DNA of 63,340 nucleotides, counting the filler, from Octopus bimaculoides (lineage: Eukaryota), in the NCBI RefSeq assembly GCF_001194135.2. It is 8 parts of 8 records of this genome, joined end to end, with 100 filler letters (N's around TTAATTAATTAA, not from the genome) between each part and the next. Parts side by side here need not be neighbours in the genome. Positions count along the whole stretch, not along the records: positions 1 to 14,640 come from NC_068987.1; positions 14,741 to 22,677 come from NC_068988.1; positions 22,778 to 29,391 come from NW_026317578.1; 5 more parts are not named here. One strand, written 5' to 3'. The notes under the pieces were generated by a model. The model had not been told where the DNA came from. It saw only the letters and a program-made list of their open reading frames with translations, and did no database searches. Shown here piece after piece: positions 12,640 to 24,449 of this stretch. How positions within the stretch are numbered: position 1 is the stretch's first letter; each line of letters opens with the position of its first letter. The translations under genes were made by a program, and so were the position numbers.

Positions 12640-13050
12640 AGACAATCCCTTTTGCCGATGTCATAAAAATTTGCTACCAAGATGAACCTGACACAAAGAA
12701 AACAAGTTCTACCAGTAAGAAAGTCAATTATTTTGGTAAGACAAAAGGATCCCCTAGTATAAAAAAATGTGCTGCAGACTTGACAGATGATACTCCTGTT
12801 AAAACAGAGCCTGTCAATGACTCCAGGGACAAGCTCAGCTCTGTCAAGCATAGTGTTGAGGACAGTGAAAAGATGGTTGCACCAGCAGTGGAGGATCTTA
12901 AGTTAATTGATAGCAACAGTCAAACTTTAGTGCTGTCATATATCAAACATGGTGCAAACAGGCGCATGTTCATCTCAGAAGAGAACTTCACAATGGAACC
13001 ACAAGAATCACAAGAAGTACTTCAGACAGTGAAGGAACGCTTGAAGAATG
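12640..13050 (+). CDS. Internal coding exon (411 nt, phase 1-1), tentatively a ceramide kinase-like PH domain
   Basis: Acceptor TTTTCTCTTTTTCAG|, donor AATG|GTAAGT, one open frame TIPFADVIKICYQDEP...QTLVLSYIKHGANRRMFISEENFTMEPQESQEVLQTVKERLKNG. Family call is from recalled similarity to the CERK N-terminus (about 0.45). Confidence 0.72.
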
Positions 13051-13117
13051 GTAAGTGAAGATTTACTACTATTATTACTATACTACACAGTTACTGGTAT
13101 AAATATCAAACTTGGTG

Positions 13118-13174
<57 letters not shown>

Positions 13175-13737
13175 NNNNNNNNNNNNNNNNNNNNNNNNNN
13201 NNNNNNNNNNNNNNNNNNNNNNNNNNNNNNNNNNNNNNNNNNNNNNNNNNNNNNNNNNNNNNNNNNNNNNNNNNNNNNNNNNNNNNNNNNNNNNNNNNNN
13301 NNNNNNNNNNNNNNNNNNNNNNNNNNNNNNNNNNNNNNNNNNNNNNNNNNNNNNNNNNNNNNNNNNNNNNNNNNNNNNNNNNNNNNNNNNNNNNNNNNNN
13401 NNNNNNNNNNNNNNNNNNNNNNNNNNNNNNNNNNNNNNNNNNNNNNNNNNNNNNNNNNNNNNNNNNNNNNNNNNNNNNNNNNNNNNNNNNNNNNNNNNNN
13501 NNNNNNNNNNNNNNNNNNNNNNNNNNNNNNNNNNNNNNNNTAACCTAGAAAACAAATAGTTAGTGCTCAAATGCTTTGAACTTACACTCCAAAGTCTTTA
13601 TCAAGTATTAAGTCCGTGGGGTAAAGAGTAGCTATAAGAGGAATCCAGGTGAGCTGATATGGAGATAGTGATGCAAATAAGCATGTTTGTGCTTCAGAAA
13701 CAAAATATACATACATATACACTTGTAAATGTATATA

Positions 13738-14070
13738 GAGTGCAGGCATGACTGTGTGGTAAGAAGCTTACTTCCCAACCACATGGTTCCAGGTTCAGTC
13801 CCACTGAGTGGCACTTTGGGCAAGTGTCTTCTATTATAGCCTCAGGCCAACCAAAGACTTGTGAGTGGTATTGGTAGACAGGAACTGAAATAAGGCCATC
13901 ATGTATATATATGTGTGTCTGTGTGTGAGTGTATCTTCATGTCTGTGTTTGTCCCCCACCACCATCACCACCACTTGATAACTAGTGTTGGTGTGTTTAC
14001 ATCCCTGTAACTGAACAGTTTGGCAAAAGATATCAATAGAATAAGTACTGGACTTTAAAACAATAAGTAC
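13738..14070 (+). mobile_element. SINE family A, degenerate
   Basis: Head, CORE-like block and second module present. Confidence 0.8.
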
Positions 14071-14296
14071 TGTTGAAACTTGAAGAAGTTGATGAGGGAC
14101 TGGTCAAAGAGGAAGGTGTTTGTCTTTAGCCCCCTTCAATCTCGTCAGGCACAAGACTTGAAATTTTGTTGGGGAGGAAGCCTGTCAATTTCATCAACAT
14201 TAGTGCACAACTGCACAACTCAGAATGCAAAACCGGATAAAAAGCTGCTAAGCACTTTATTCAGTGCGCTAATGATTCTGCCAGCTCACCACCTCA

Positions 14297-14409
<113 letters not shown>

Positions 14410-14640
14410 AATAAATGTCATAAAAGAGTTAGAACCAGCGGAGAGCTACAAATACCTAGGGGTAATTGAAGGGGACAATATCAAGCACTCAGTGATGAGG
14501 GAAAGGATCAGAAGAGAATGTTATCGCAGGGTGAGAGCAATACTGAAGACAGAGCTGAATGCGAGAAACAGGATCGAAGCGATCAATGCTCTAGCCATAC
14601 CAGTCGTGACTTACAGTTTCAACATCGTTAACTGGTCAAT
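14410..14640 (+). mobile_element. R4/Dong-clade LINE RT fragment
   Basis: ESYKYLGVIEGDNIKHSVMRERIRRECYRRVRAILKTELNARNRIEAINALAIPVVTYSFNIVNW. Confidence 0.8.
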
Positions 14641-14740
14641 NNNNNNNNNNNNNNNNNNNNNNNNNNNNNNNNNNNNNNNNNNNNTTAATTAATTAANNNN
14701 NNNNNNNNNNNNNNNNNNNNNNNNNNNNNNNNNNNNNNNN
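14641..14740. other. Artificial scaffold join (44 N + TTAATTAATTAA + 44 N)
   Basis: Same 100-bp spacer occurs seven times; stop codons in all six frames. Confidence 0.95.
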
Positions 14741-15419
14741 ATCTAAAAACATTTTTTTCAAAATTTAATTTTGGGGGAAAATTAAATTCTGAAATGCAGA
14801 TTTTTTTTTACAGATTCGGAAACTCCATAGCCGAAAATCTGTGTTTCTGTGAAAAAAAAAAAAAAAAGAAACGAAATGGGGGTCTGATGACGGTCCGCCA
14901 TAGGGAATTCCAACTGCGTTTCGTGGTTTGCTACCTCAACAGCTCCTTTATAGGATCCAGTGCCTAAAGATATCGTCAGGAGGAACCACATCCGGTTTCG
15001 GCCCCTACACCTCTACCGTTTTCGATTGGATGGAGTGAGTGAGATAATCACGCACAGCACAAGCATTTGACCACAAATCATTTGTGCTGGTTTTTCAGCA
15101 ATAAGTCGCAGAACCCTCATTTGTCATCTGCGACAGGAGATTCCTCCCAGTTACCTGAAAATTATGAAGCTAAATAACAGGGCTGATAAACGGAAAATTC
15201 TATTTTACAAAACTATTTTTGGGCTTAAATAACCGCCCACCTCCGTCCATGGGCGGTAATATGGAAGTAAAATATTTCACCTAGGAAAAACAAAGATATT
15301 CTCAAAAACCATATTTATTTTATACAATTCCATTGAACTTCTATAGATATATAGACACAAAGAAACTGAAACAGCGTTAAAAGAAGTAGCATATTAAAAA
15401 ATATTCTGAAGTTAACAAT

Positions 15420-16520
15420 GGATCAATTAGAAAATATTGAAAACTGTTGAAAACATGAATAGAAGCCTCATATGAACAAATAATGTCCTTGGGCATTTAT
15501 GGTAGAATAATAACCACATAGTTTCATCACGAATTCCTTCATTTGTTGCTTGGCCATAATTCACATCAGAGCAAATTCCATTTGCTTGTATCTCATCTTC
15601 TTGTTCAATTTTGTCATTATGTGCATCTGGTGCATTTACCTCAAGGTCAGACAAAACATCCTGTAAGCGGGAGTTTCAGAGGTTGTGGAATAGTTGTACT
15701 GTTCTCTGCCCAAACACAGCTGCACGAGTTCATATGTGATTGATCTCCTGTTGGAGACTGTTAAGTAAACATTCTTTGGGACCTTGATTTTAGGCACGTT
15801 TTTCAATCCTTTAAGGATAATCATTGTTTCCAACACCTTTCCTGCAATATTAACACACAACACAGCAGTAAAACGAGCTTTGGTAGCACCACAGTGGCTA
15901 GCATCTACATTTTTATTGCCAACAAAGTCTATGGTTGTTGAACCCAATATGTCAACGTATACAGGTGTTTCATGCATATTATGAATCTGGTCAGTATCCT
16001 TATCTGCTGTTAATACTGGAATGCTATCCAGATAGTCCCTGGCGATTTGTGCCTTTTCTCCAAGTGTTTTATTGTCTGCCTGACCAACATGTGTAATCTT
16101 TCTCACAGTCAGTTTATTCCGTTTGAGGAAATTGAAAATCCATTTATCAGAACATCTAAAGCTGTTCACTTCAATTCTAAACCTTTTTACCAATTCAAAA
16201 GTATATTACCGTAAAACGGCAATAATTTAAAATTATATTGTTTGCACGCTGAACAACAATCCACTGTAAGAGTTCAATCTCTAGATCTCTATGTACTGGT
16301 GCTCTAACCTCCACCAATTAATCTGCGCTTCCTCTTGTCTGACATATGGATTAACTCAGTTTCTTTTGTGCACCATTCTCTCAATCGTTTTCTATCAATA
16401 CCTAAGTCTCTTGACGCAGCAGATAAATTGCCAGAATGTTCTTTCACATGTTTAATAGCACTCAATTTTTCACAAATGGTATATGAATACGTTTCGATAT
16501 ATTTTCTTTCGACTCCATTA
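15420..16520 (-). mobile_element. Decayed pogo/Tigger-type DDE transposase
   Basis: N-terminal HTH (KLSAIKHVKEHSGNLSAASRDLGIDRKRLREW), CENP-B-like FRCSDKWIFNFLKRNKLTVRKIT, DDE_1-like NMHETPVY and FTAVLCVNIAGK..MIILKG; stops and frameshifts. Confidence 0.85.
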
Positions 16521-16902
16521 TTGGGAATAAAAATCCTTTGAATTTATTTACAGACGTAGAGCAAATGAACGTCTAAACAGAATGCAAACAAGAACACTAA
16601 CTGTGTTTCAATTTTTAACCACAAATAACCGCCCATCCAAATAAACGCCCATGGGCGATCTAATGGATGGGCGGATTTTCGGAAAACCCCGGTATTTGTA
16701 AATACTGCATATTTGAGTAATTCTAGTTTGGTTAGATCCAACATACCAACAGTCTAGTTCAAGTTCGCAAAACTTCAGACATTTTAATTCTGGTTTAATA
16801 ATTCTTTGATTGTTCGTGATCTATACTAAAAGACACCAATGCTGTACACTTCTACTATAAAATAAAATTAAAATTAAAAAAATACAAAACGATTCTTTTC
16901 TG

Positions 16903-18204
16903 CTATCCAAAGGGTGTTATATCCGTTTTCCGTCTGAAAAATATGGAAACACCTCTAAACATTTGCAAAAGTTCTTGGCGGAATGTCGTTCCAGTGAGAA
17001 TGAAAAGGAAGAAATGTGATACATTATTTGTGTATTGGACCATATTAACAACAGCCCAGCTAATACTATAATATGCCGAGTTGTCTTCCTCATCGAAACG
17101 AGACCAGATGAGAAACGAGGTGATAGGAGATGTTGTGAGACCAAATGCCACTAACACAGATAACAACATTGCTGAGAGACCGACCACTTTCGACATTTGA
17201 TTACTTTGTCGTTCTGCTGAACCTGTCTTCACTTCGGTTCCATTAAGCTTAGAATTATTTGACAGTAAGGTATTTTCTTTTTTACCCACGATGCCCGCAA
17301 AGGCCGTTCTGGTAGTTTCTGTGACTGTTGAGATTTGATCGGTTGCTGGTGTCGTTGATGTAGCACATCTTGCCATTCTTTTCTTTTGCATTTTTACTTT
17401 AGTTTTTCGAACTTTGCCAATGATGAACACGTGACTAATGACCATTATACAAAACGGCAAGAAGAAAAAGAAGAGAAAATCTATCCACGGGAAAATATAG
17501 ATATAAAAATACATCTTTCCATCATCCGATTTACAGGCAACGTTTTCTGTCATCTGTGGAGTTGATAAAGGGATTCGATACGTTACGTATTCTTTGTCAT
17601 CAGAATAATTTCTTTTTATTAAATAGGCTGCATCCCAGTTATCATTACAATAAATTTCATCGATATTATAAGCGCAAGACACTTTTATTAAACGATAAGT
17701 TATTATATAATGACCATTGACTATTGTTAGAAGAATGCCGGTGGCTATCACCGTTAGTGTAGCTTTTGATCGGTTCCAGTGGTCGCGTGCAATGAAAGGA
17801 CGAACTATTAAGAGAAAGCGCTCGATTGCAATTAAAGCCAGCAACCAGGACCCGAAATCAAGAACAAAATAGACAAGGAAAGTGTGTAACTTGCAAAGAA
17901 AATCAGACTGAAGGCGTATGTCGAAATTATATACGTTTGAAAGATAGAGTCTGAGAAGTCCCATCCAAAGGCCAATTAAATCAGCAAAAGAAAGAAGTGT
18001 CAAGAGATACATAGATGTAATTTTTCGAATCTTGGGGCGGAGTAATACAGAGATTGATAGCACTGATCCGATTGTCCCAACCACCAGTAGTAATGGAGAC
18101 ATATACCGCCATATTAGTTGACTCGCTTCTTCCGCCACTATTTCGCTCGGAGTAACTTGCTCTTGGATCTTATTAAATATAGTTTTATCTTCAGTAGTCG
18201 CCAT
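16903..18204 (-). CDS. Intronless rhodopsin-like (class A) GPCR, 433 aa, FMRFamide/peptide-receptor-like orphan
   Basis: Seven hydrophobic helices; LSFAD (TM2), C..ERF (TM3), FLPF (TM5), FGLTTSP (TM6), helix 8 FRQEL. ATG in AAACATGG context with an in-frame TAA 15 nt upstream. Confidence 0.95.
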   Translation of the reverse strand: MATTEDKTIFNKIQEQVTPSEIVAEEASQLIWRYMSPLLLVVGTIGSVLSISVLLRPKIRKITSMYLLTLLSFADLIGLWMGLLRLYLSNVYNFDIRLQSDFLCKLHTFLVYFVLDFGSWLLALIAIERFLLIVRPFIARDHWNRSKATLTVIATGILLTIVNGHYIITYRLIKVSCAYNIDEIYCNDNWDAAYLIKRNYSDDKEYVTYRIPLSTPQMTENVACKSDDGKMYFYIYIFPWIDFLFFFFLPFCIMVISHVFIIGKVRKTKVKMQKKRMARCATSTTPATDQISTVTETTRTAFAGIVGKKENTLLSNNSKLNGTEVKTGSAERQSNQMSKVVGLSAMLLSVLVAFGLTTSPITSFLIWSRFDEEDNSAYYSISWAVVNMVQYTNNVSHFFLFILTGTTFRQELLQMFRGVSIFFRRKTDITPFG

Positions 18205-18564
18205 GTTTGATGGAAATTAATAGTAAAATAAGCGCTAATACACCTAATGCGGCAAACAAAATAACTTTAGTTAATCAAGCTATATTCGTAATGGTAAGTA
18301 GGAAACATTCACGTCAGTTGTTTGTAAATCGATTTCAATTGCAGTTTATTATATCAATCTTCCACATACACCGAAAGAACGCAGAAATCCTCAAATTCAA
18401 TTTCCATTGTAAAATCCGATTTTCGGAAAAATGATAATATTTCTCTCATTTTATGATAAATTTTATGCGTTTACTCCGAGTTCTTTGCCGAGTACAATGA
18501 CAGAATCGGAAAGCTTATTCTATTTATGTGCTCCATGTCTGTAGAAAGAAGGTCTTCAGTGACC
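18205..18564 (-). other. Probable 5' UTR part of the GPCR exon
   Basis: Minus-strand acceptor TTTGTATTTTTCAG| ending at 18565. Confidence 0.45.
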
Positions 18565-18711
18565 CTGAAAAATACAAATTCAGAACATTATGTGTCATGT
18601 GATGGCTACAAATGCAAATATCTTTACAACAAAACAGCGTACAATTGAGGTATGAAAGGTAACGAAACAAACAAAAAAAAAATGTATGTACATCGGTTTC
18701 AAATTTTGATA

Positions 18712-18826
18712 CATAGCCACAAATTTCGAACCTCGTCGGAATTTGAACTCAGGACATAAAGACGGACGAAATGCTTGGCAGCATTTCGTCCGGCTTGCTA
18801 ACGATTCTGCCAGCTTTCCGCCTTAA
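18712..18826 (-). mobile_element. SINE family D, internally deleted
   Basis: Head plus tail modules. Confidence 0.7.
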
Positions 18827-18863
18827 TTTGTATGTATCTAGGGCACGATTCGTGACAGAAACT

Positions 18864-18902
<39 letters not shown>

Positions 18903-18931
18903 CGACGACGACGATGATGATGATGATGATG

Positions 18932-18983
<52 letters not shown>

Positions 18984-18999
18984 TAATAATAATAATGAT

Positions 19000-19235
19000 T
19001 TCAAATTTTGGCGCAAGGCCAGTAATTTGATGAAGAGTGTGTTAATTAAATTGATTCCATTGCTCGACTGGTGCTTTATTTTATCGACCTCGAAAAGATA
19101 AAAGGCAAAGTAAGCAGAGGTCGACTTCAATCCTTTCGGGGTCGATAAAATAAGTACCATTTGAACACTGGGGTTGATTTAATCGACTTTCCCATCCCCA
19201 TCAAAATTGCTGGCATTGTGCCAAAATTAGAAATA
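19000..19235. mobile_element. Inverted fusion of two SINE D 3' halves
   Basis: Minus-strand half to GGCAAAGT, then plus-strand half from GAGGTCGACTT. Confidence 0.7.
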
Positions 19236-19654
19236 ATAATAACGATGCCTAAAATTTGCTCAAGAGGCGAAATTTTAAAGAAGAATTCAATCGATTCCAA
19301 CAACCCCAGACTTGAATGTTATTTTATTTCATCGACCCCAGGGGGATGACAGGAAAAGTTTACCTCGGCGAGATTTGAAAATAATGTAAAGAGATAAAGA
19401 AAAATGCTGGAATGGATATTGTCTGAGGCTTTAACGATTCTGTTAATCCACTGCCCTTCAGATAAATAGTTTCAAATTTTGCCAGGTCAACCGTTTTAGG
19501 GGAGAAACGGGGAGGAAATGTCCAAAAGCATTTTGTTCGACGCACTAACGATTCTACAAGCTCGAATAACCTCTAATATATGAGACAGTAATTATTATAT
19601 GTAATTAATTATTTTACGAAATTTATTAGATATTTCTTATCTTTCATCTTCCAT

Positions 19655-19940
19655 TTGTTTCAGTCAGTCATAGGAATATGGCCACACTGGGGCACTAGCT
19701 GGAATAAATCGACCCCGGTACTTATTTTCTAAGTTCGATACTTATCCTTTTAGTCTCTTTTGTGGAACCACCTCTAATTACGCGAACGTAAGGAAACTAA
19801 TACCGGTTGTCAAGCGGTGAGGTGACAAACATACACAAAGACACACGCGCGCGCGCACGCACACGCGCACACACACACTCACACACACAAATATACAACG
19901 GGCTTCCACGTAGTTTCCGTCTACCAAATTCACTCATGAG
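19655..19940 (-). mobile_element. SINE family A, 5'-truncated
   Basis: Tail and second module match. Confidence 0.7.
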
Positions 19941-19957
19941 GTATCGGTTGGCATTAT

Positions 19958-20003
<46 letters not shown>

Positions 20004-22136
20004 TAATCATTTACAATTTCTCACTGATATTCTGGAAGTAGTCTAAAAGAATAAAAGTAAGAATACTAACCTGAACATTCGTTAACCAAAATTCCGTCCT
20101 AGATACGTTGACCATCTGACTTTTTTTTTTTTTTTTATCAATGTATTTATATTTTGTAAACAATTGTTGGTGTCAGTCAACTATTTCGAAGTATAAATTA
20201 TTTCAAGAATTTGAATGAGTCTTTGGTGTAAAAGGGGTTTAACAGTTGTTAATAAAGCCATGAAAGTTCATTAGATTGGTATTTCATTTCATTTGGACAG
20301 TGGTATTAGAACGGGTGCTTATTTTCAAAATGGTTTCATCATTATCAAAGCACCAAATCTTATTTGCAGTTGGTACGAAACTATGAAGATTTTCTCGTTG
20401 AATTCTTAAACTAGTTTTTCTTTAAACATTTCTTCCAGCAAAAAACATGATCATGTAAATAATAAAAACGTGATAGATGATCCTGTAAATAGAAAAATGG
20501 TTGATGACACTAGTGAAGGAAAGCAAATCCGAAATAAATTACTTTTGATGACGAAAACAAAGAAAGCTCCAAAATATCAAAACAAAAACTATTAATATTC
20601 CCAACTTTCGTTGCTGCATCTTGCTTTTATTTTCTATTCGTAAATGCATACGTATGTCAATTTTAAACTAAGGACGGATTCATATTTCAAATAGAAAAAG
20701 AGAATAAATTTCTTTTCTATAGTTTTCAGTTTTATAGTCAACTCATGTTGCTAGTGACTATTCGTTTTTGTATATTTTGAGAGCTTTCAGTTGAAAATAA
20801 ATATTTGGTAAAGTATAATCGAAATAGGTTAAAGTTGCCTCTTCGTTTAACCAAAAATTTCTTTGAATGCAAGAATTAGACAATAAGCTATTTTTCTTCT
20901 TCATATAATTCGGTATCATTTCATCAATAAGTCATATTAGTTCTTATAGTTCTTCTGAAAAATTCTTCATAATTTCTCATGTATCTATGTATTTGTCCTC
21001 TCTGTGAATCGATTGATGTGGAGCTATGCTGTTCAGTATGACCAGTTAAAAATAAAAGAAGAAATGTGCATTTGAAGGGAGACTTGGCTTCTATTTCTAG
21101 CCAATCACGTTGCATTGATGAAACTTTTTGGATGGGTCATACAAGTGGTGATAATGGTTTATCTCCTGGCCAGTTTTTAACAAGAATCCCAATGAACAAA
21201 AGCGTTCCAATCGTGACCAACCAGTTTTTAACCTCGGACGTACTAAATCTAAGACTTCTTTATGCAATATATTCTTCCTTAAGAACAATTACTGCATGAT
21301 TTGAAGGGAAATTTGGCTGTTGTTTCATGCAAGTCAAGCGACTATGAAGATTCTTTTTCATTCATATTTCACTGTTGTCTTATTCAGAAAACAACAAAAA
21401 ATGCCATATTAAACATTCAAGTAATAAATATTCTCTGACGCAGATGAAGTGCCGCTGTCCGAAACGTTAGCTTCTTGTTACCTCAGAGCAATAGAATAAA
21501 TCCCATCTGGACTTATTATCGTTCACAGTAGACCATCACCTCTGACCTTAGATTCAGGAAGATTTTTATCCAATAAATTCACTCGCTGTTGTGCTGTCGT
21601 TGTCGTTGTTCTTACAAAGCAATGGTCAAAATTCGAAATGTTTTTGAGGTCCTTATCTGAGACTTAATCCGATTTAATAGGTTTAGTTTAGGTTCATATT
21701 ACTCAGTGAACCCCTTATTTTTTTTTCTTAAACAAATCAAAAACGGTAAGGTGCGATTTGAAGATAGATTTGGTTGCTAGTTCCAACAGGTTCAGTGACC
21801 ACGTAGAGGCTTCCCAGTCAATAAGCTACAGCTGCTTCATCTAACAATNNNNNNNNNNNNNNNNNNNNNNNNNNNNNNNNNNNNNNNNNNNNNNNNNNNN
21901 NNNNNNNNNNNNNNNNNNNNNNNNNNNNNNNNNNNNNNNNNNNNNNNNNNNNNNNNNNNNNNNNNNNNNNNNNNNNNNNNNNNNNNNNNNNNNNNNNNNN
22001 NNNNNNNNNNNNNNNNNNNNNNNNNNNNNNNNNNNNNNNNNNNNNNNNNNNNNNNNNNNNNNNNNNNNNNNNNNNNNNNNNNNNNNNNNNNNNNNNNNNN
22101 NNNNNNNNNNNNNNNNNNNNNNNNNNNNNNNNNNNN

Positions 22137-22210
<74 letters not shown>

Positions 22211-22677
22211 GTTTCTCTACTCTTCTACATGTCTGCCACTCACCTTTCTCACTCTCTCTATATTCTCTCTCTCTCTCTCTCTCTCTCAGGTTTCTGTAGT
22301 TTTCTAAATGCCTGCCACTTACCCTTCTCACTCTCTCTATATTCTCTCTCTTTCTCTCTATTTCTTCTACTCTCACTTCTCTCTTTTTCTCAATCTCTTA
22401 CTCCTACTTTGTTTTTCTCATTCATTTATTTCTTCGTCTTTTTCTTTTCTATGAACTTCCCTTTCTACTCCCATTACATGTCTCTTTATTCCTCTTAATC
22501 TTTCGCTCTCCTCTGCCCACTCTCCCTATTCTCTCTTTCTCCCTCTTTCTTTCATTCAACCCCTATTCTTGCTCCCCCCTCTCTCCATTTCTTTTTCTCT
22601 CAAAATCCCTTTTCTTTCCTGAACATCTATTTTCCTATTTTCACCCCAATCTCTCTTCCACCTCTAGCCCCCCCCCC

Positions 22678-22777
22678 NNNNNNNNNNNNNNNNNNNNNNN
22701 NNNNNNNNNNNNNNNNNNNNNTTAATTAATTAANNNNNNNNNNNNNNNNNNNNNNNNNNNNNNNNNNNNNNNNNNNN
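22678..22777. other. Artificial scaffold join
   Basis: 44 N + TTAATTAATTAA + 44 N. Confidence 0.95.
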
Positions 22778-23160
22778 TAATTCCAGGAATATGTCTGCAG
22801 AGAATATTTACTGCGTCACATATATCCTCATGACATAGATAAAGAGGCAAAGCTGAAACAGGGTGAATGATTTATCTCCTCATACCGACAACACTCAAGA
22901 GACCAATACCCAAGGATCACCCAATTACGATTTTTTTCTTCTCAGATGTGCATGCACAAACAGTAAAATAGGATTTTCGGTATTTTCTCCTTGTAAAAAG
23001 ATTTATGCTATTTAAAAAGAATTAACTTCAAAATATACGATTTTTTCCAACTCCAATTATGCTTCCCACACTGTTTCTGTTTAAAATTTTTCTAATGGAG
23101 AGACTGAGGTCATTGTTGAGTTTTATCCAGCGTTTTAAAGAAGAGGTATGGGCATAACTA

Positions 23161-23549
23161 CAGATTTCTGCCACCCCACGACTTGGGATGATCATAACTT
23201 TCAGAGAAATGGATATTTTTTAATGAAATTTTCTACGAATATTTGTTATATCATGTAGATACCGAATATACAAAATTTGGGGAGAGAAGTGTTTTATGTG
23301 GGGAATTTCAGAAAATTCACCGGAGTCCACTTCAATTCATCTTAACTTTCAAGAAAATGGATATTTTTAATGAAATTCTCTACAAATATACCTCGAACTA
23401 AGTAGATCCCGAGCACATAGGAATTTTTGGGGAAAACAATTGGGGATTATTTTTGAGAACTATTCCCCACTCAGGGGTGTTTCGGAACAAGTCGTCCATA
23501 TTTGTTTTCATTATCTGTTTTGTGCGTTTGTGCATCCGTAGATTTCTAC
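23161..23549 (+). repeat. Dispersed repeat X, second copy
   Basis: Collinear with 4736-5114. Confidence 0.75.
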
Positions 23550-23603
23550 ACACACACACATTATTAAAAAAGTTCAAACGGGGAATTATTTCATTGAATA
23601 TCA

Positions 23604-23787
23604 TGTTTATTATAAAGATTATGTAACAAATTATACATTTCACTTCTATATTTAAATGTGCGTGTATAAATTCCTTATTTTTGCCTCTAGTGTCTTCTGC
23701 TTTTCTATTAGAAACGTTTATCTGGGAATTTACTTAAAGTGAAAAAAAAAAAATCATGCAACAGATAAGTCGTCCTAATAACATATT
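23604..23787 (-). repeat. Dispersed repeat Y, second copy
   Basis: Reverse complement of 5210-5395. Confidence 0.75.
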
Positions 23788-23915
23788 TTGGTGGGGGTAA
23801 AGGACATGAACTGCATGAACTACAGAAACCCACCTTTTTGACTGCGAAGATTCCGAATATGCAAAAAAAAAAATCGGCATTTCAAAATTCTAATTGCAAT
23901 TTTACAAAATTTTTC

Positions 23916-24083
23916 AGGTGCAGGAGTAGCTGGCTGTGTGGTAAGTAGCTTGCTTACCAACCACATGGTTCCAGGTTCAGTCCCACTGCATGGCACCTTG
24001 GGCAAGTGTCTTCTACTATAGCCTCAGGCCGACCAAAGCCTTGTGAGTGGATTTGGTAGACGGAAACTGAAAGAAGCCCGTCG

Positions 24084-24118
<35 letters not shown>

Positions 24119-24268
24119 TTGTGTGTCTGTGTTTGTCCCCCCAACATCACTTGACAACCGATAGAATAAGAACTAGGCTTACAAAGAATAAGTCCTGGGG
24201 TCAATTTGCTCGACTAAAGGCGATGCTCCAGCATGGCCACAGTCAATGACTGAAACAAGTAAAAGAGT
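23916..24268 (+). mobile_element. SINE family A (internally deleted)
   Basis: Head to tail; deletion at the ACCGAT direct repeat. Confidence 0.85.
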
Positions 24269-24449
24269 AATTATAATCTCCGTAGTTTTCTACGTATTTT
24301 GCCAAAAAAATTTCAGGGTGATCCTTCGGTACTAGTTTCAAAAATGCCATTAGACCACATGTGTTTATTTACATCACATCGGCTTTTCCATAAAAATGTT
24401 GGAGGGAAAGAGCGCGATTTTTTTTGAAGTTGGCATGCTACTTTATTTC

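Noticed and set aside
14685-14696. TTAATTAATTAA recurring seven times as a possible biological repeat array
   Set aside because: Always centred in exactly 88 N; an assembly linker.
21430-21480. CAGATGAAG...CCGAAACGTTAG Penelope-like motif
   Set aside because: Core mutated and stems I and II do not pair; at most a fossil.
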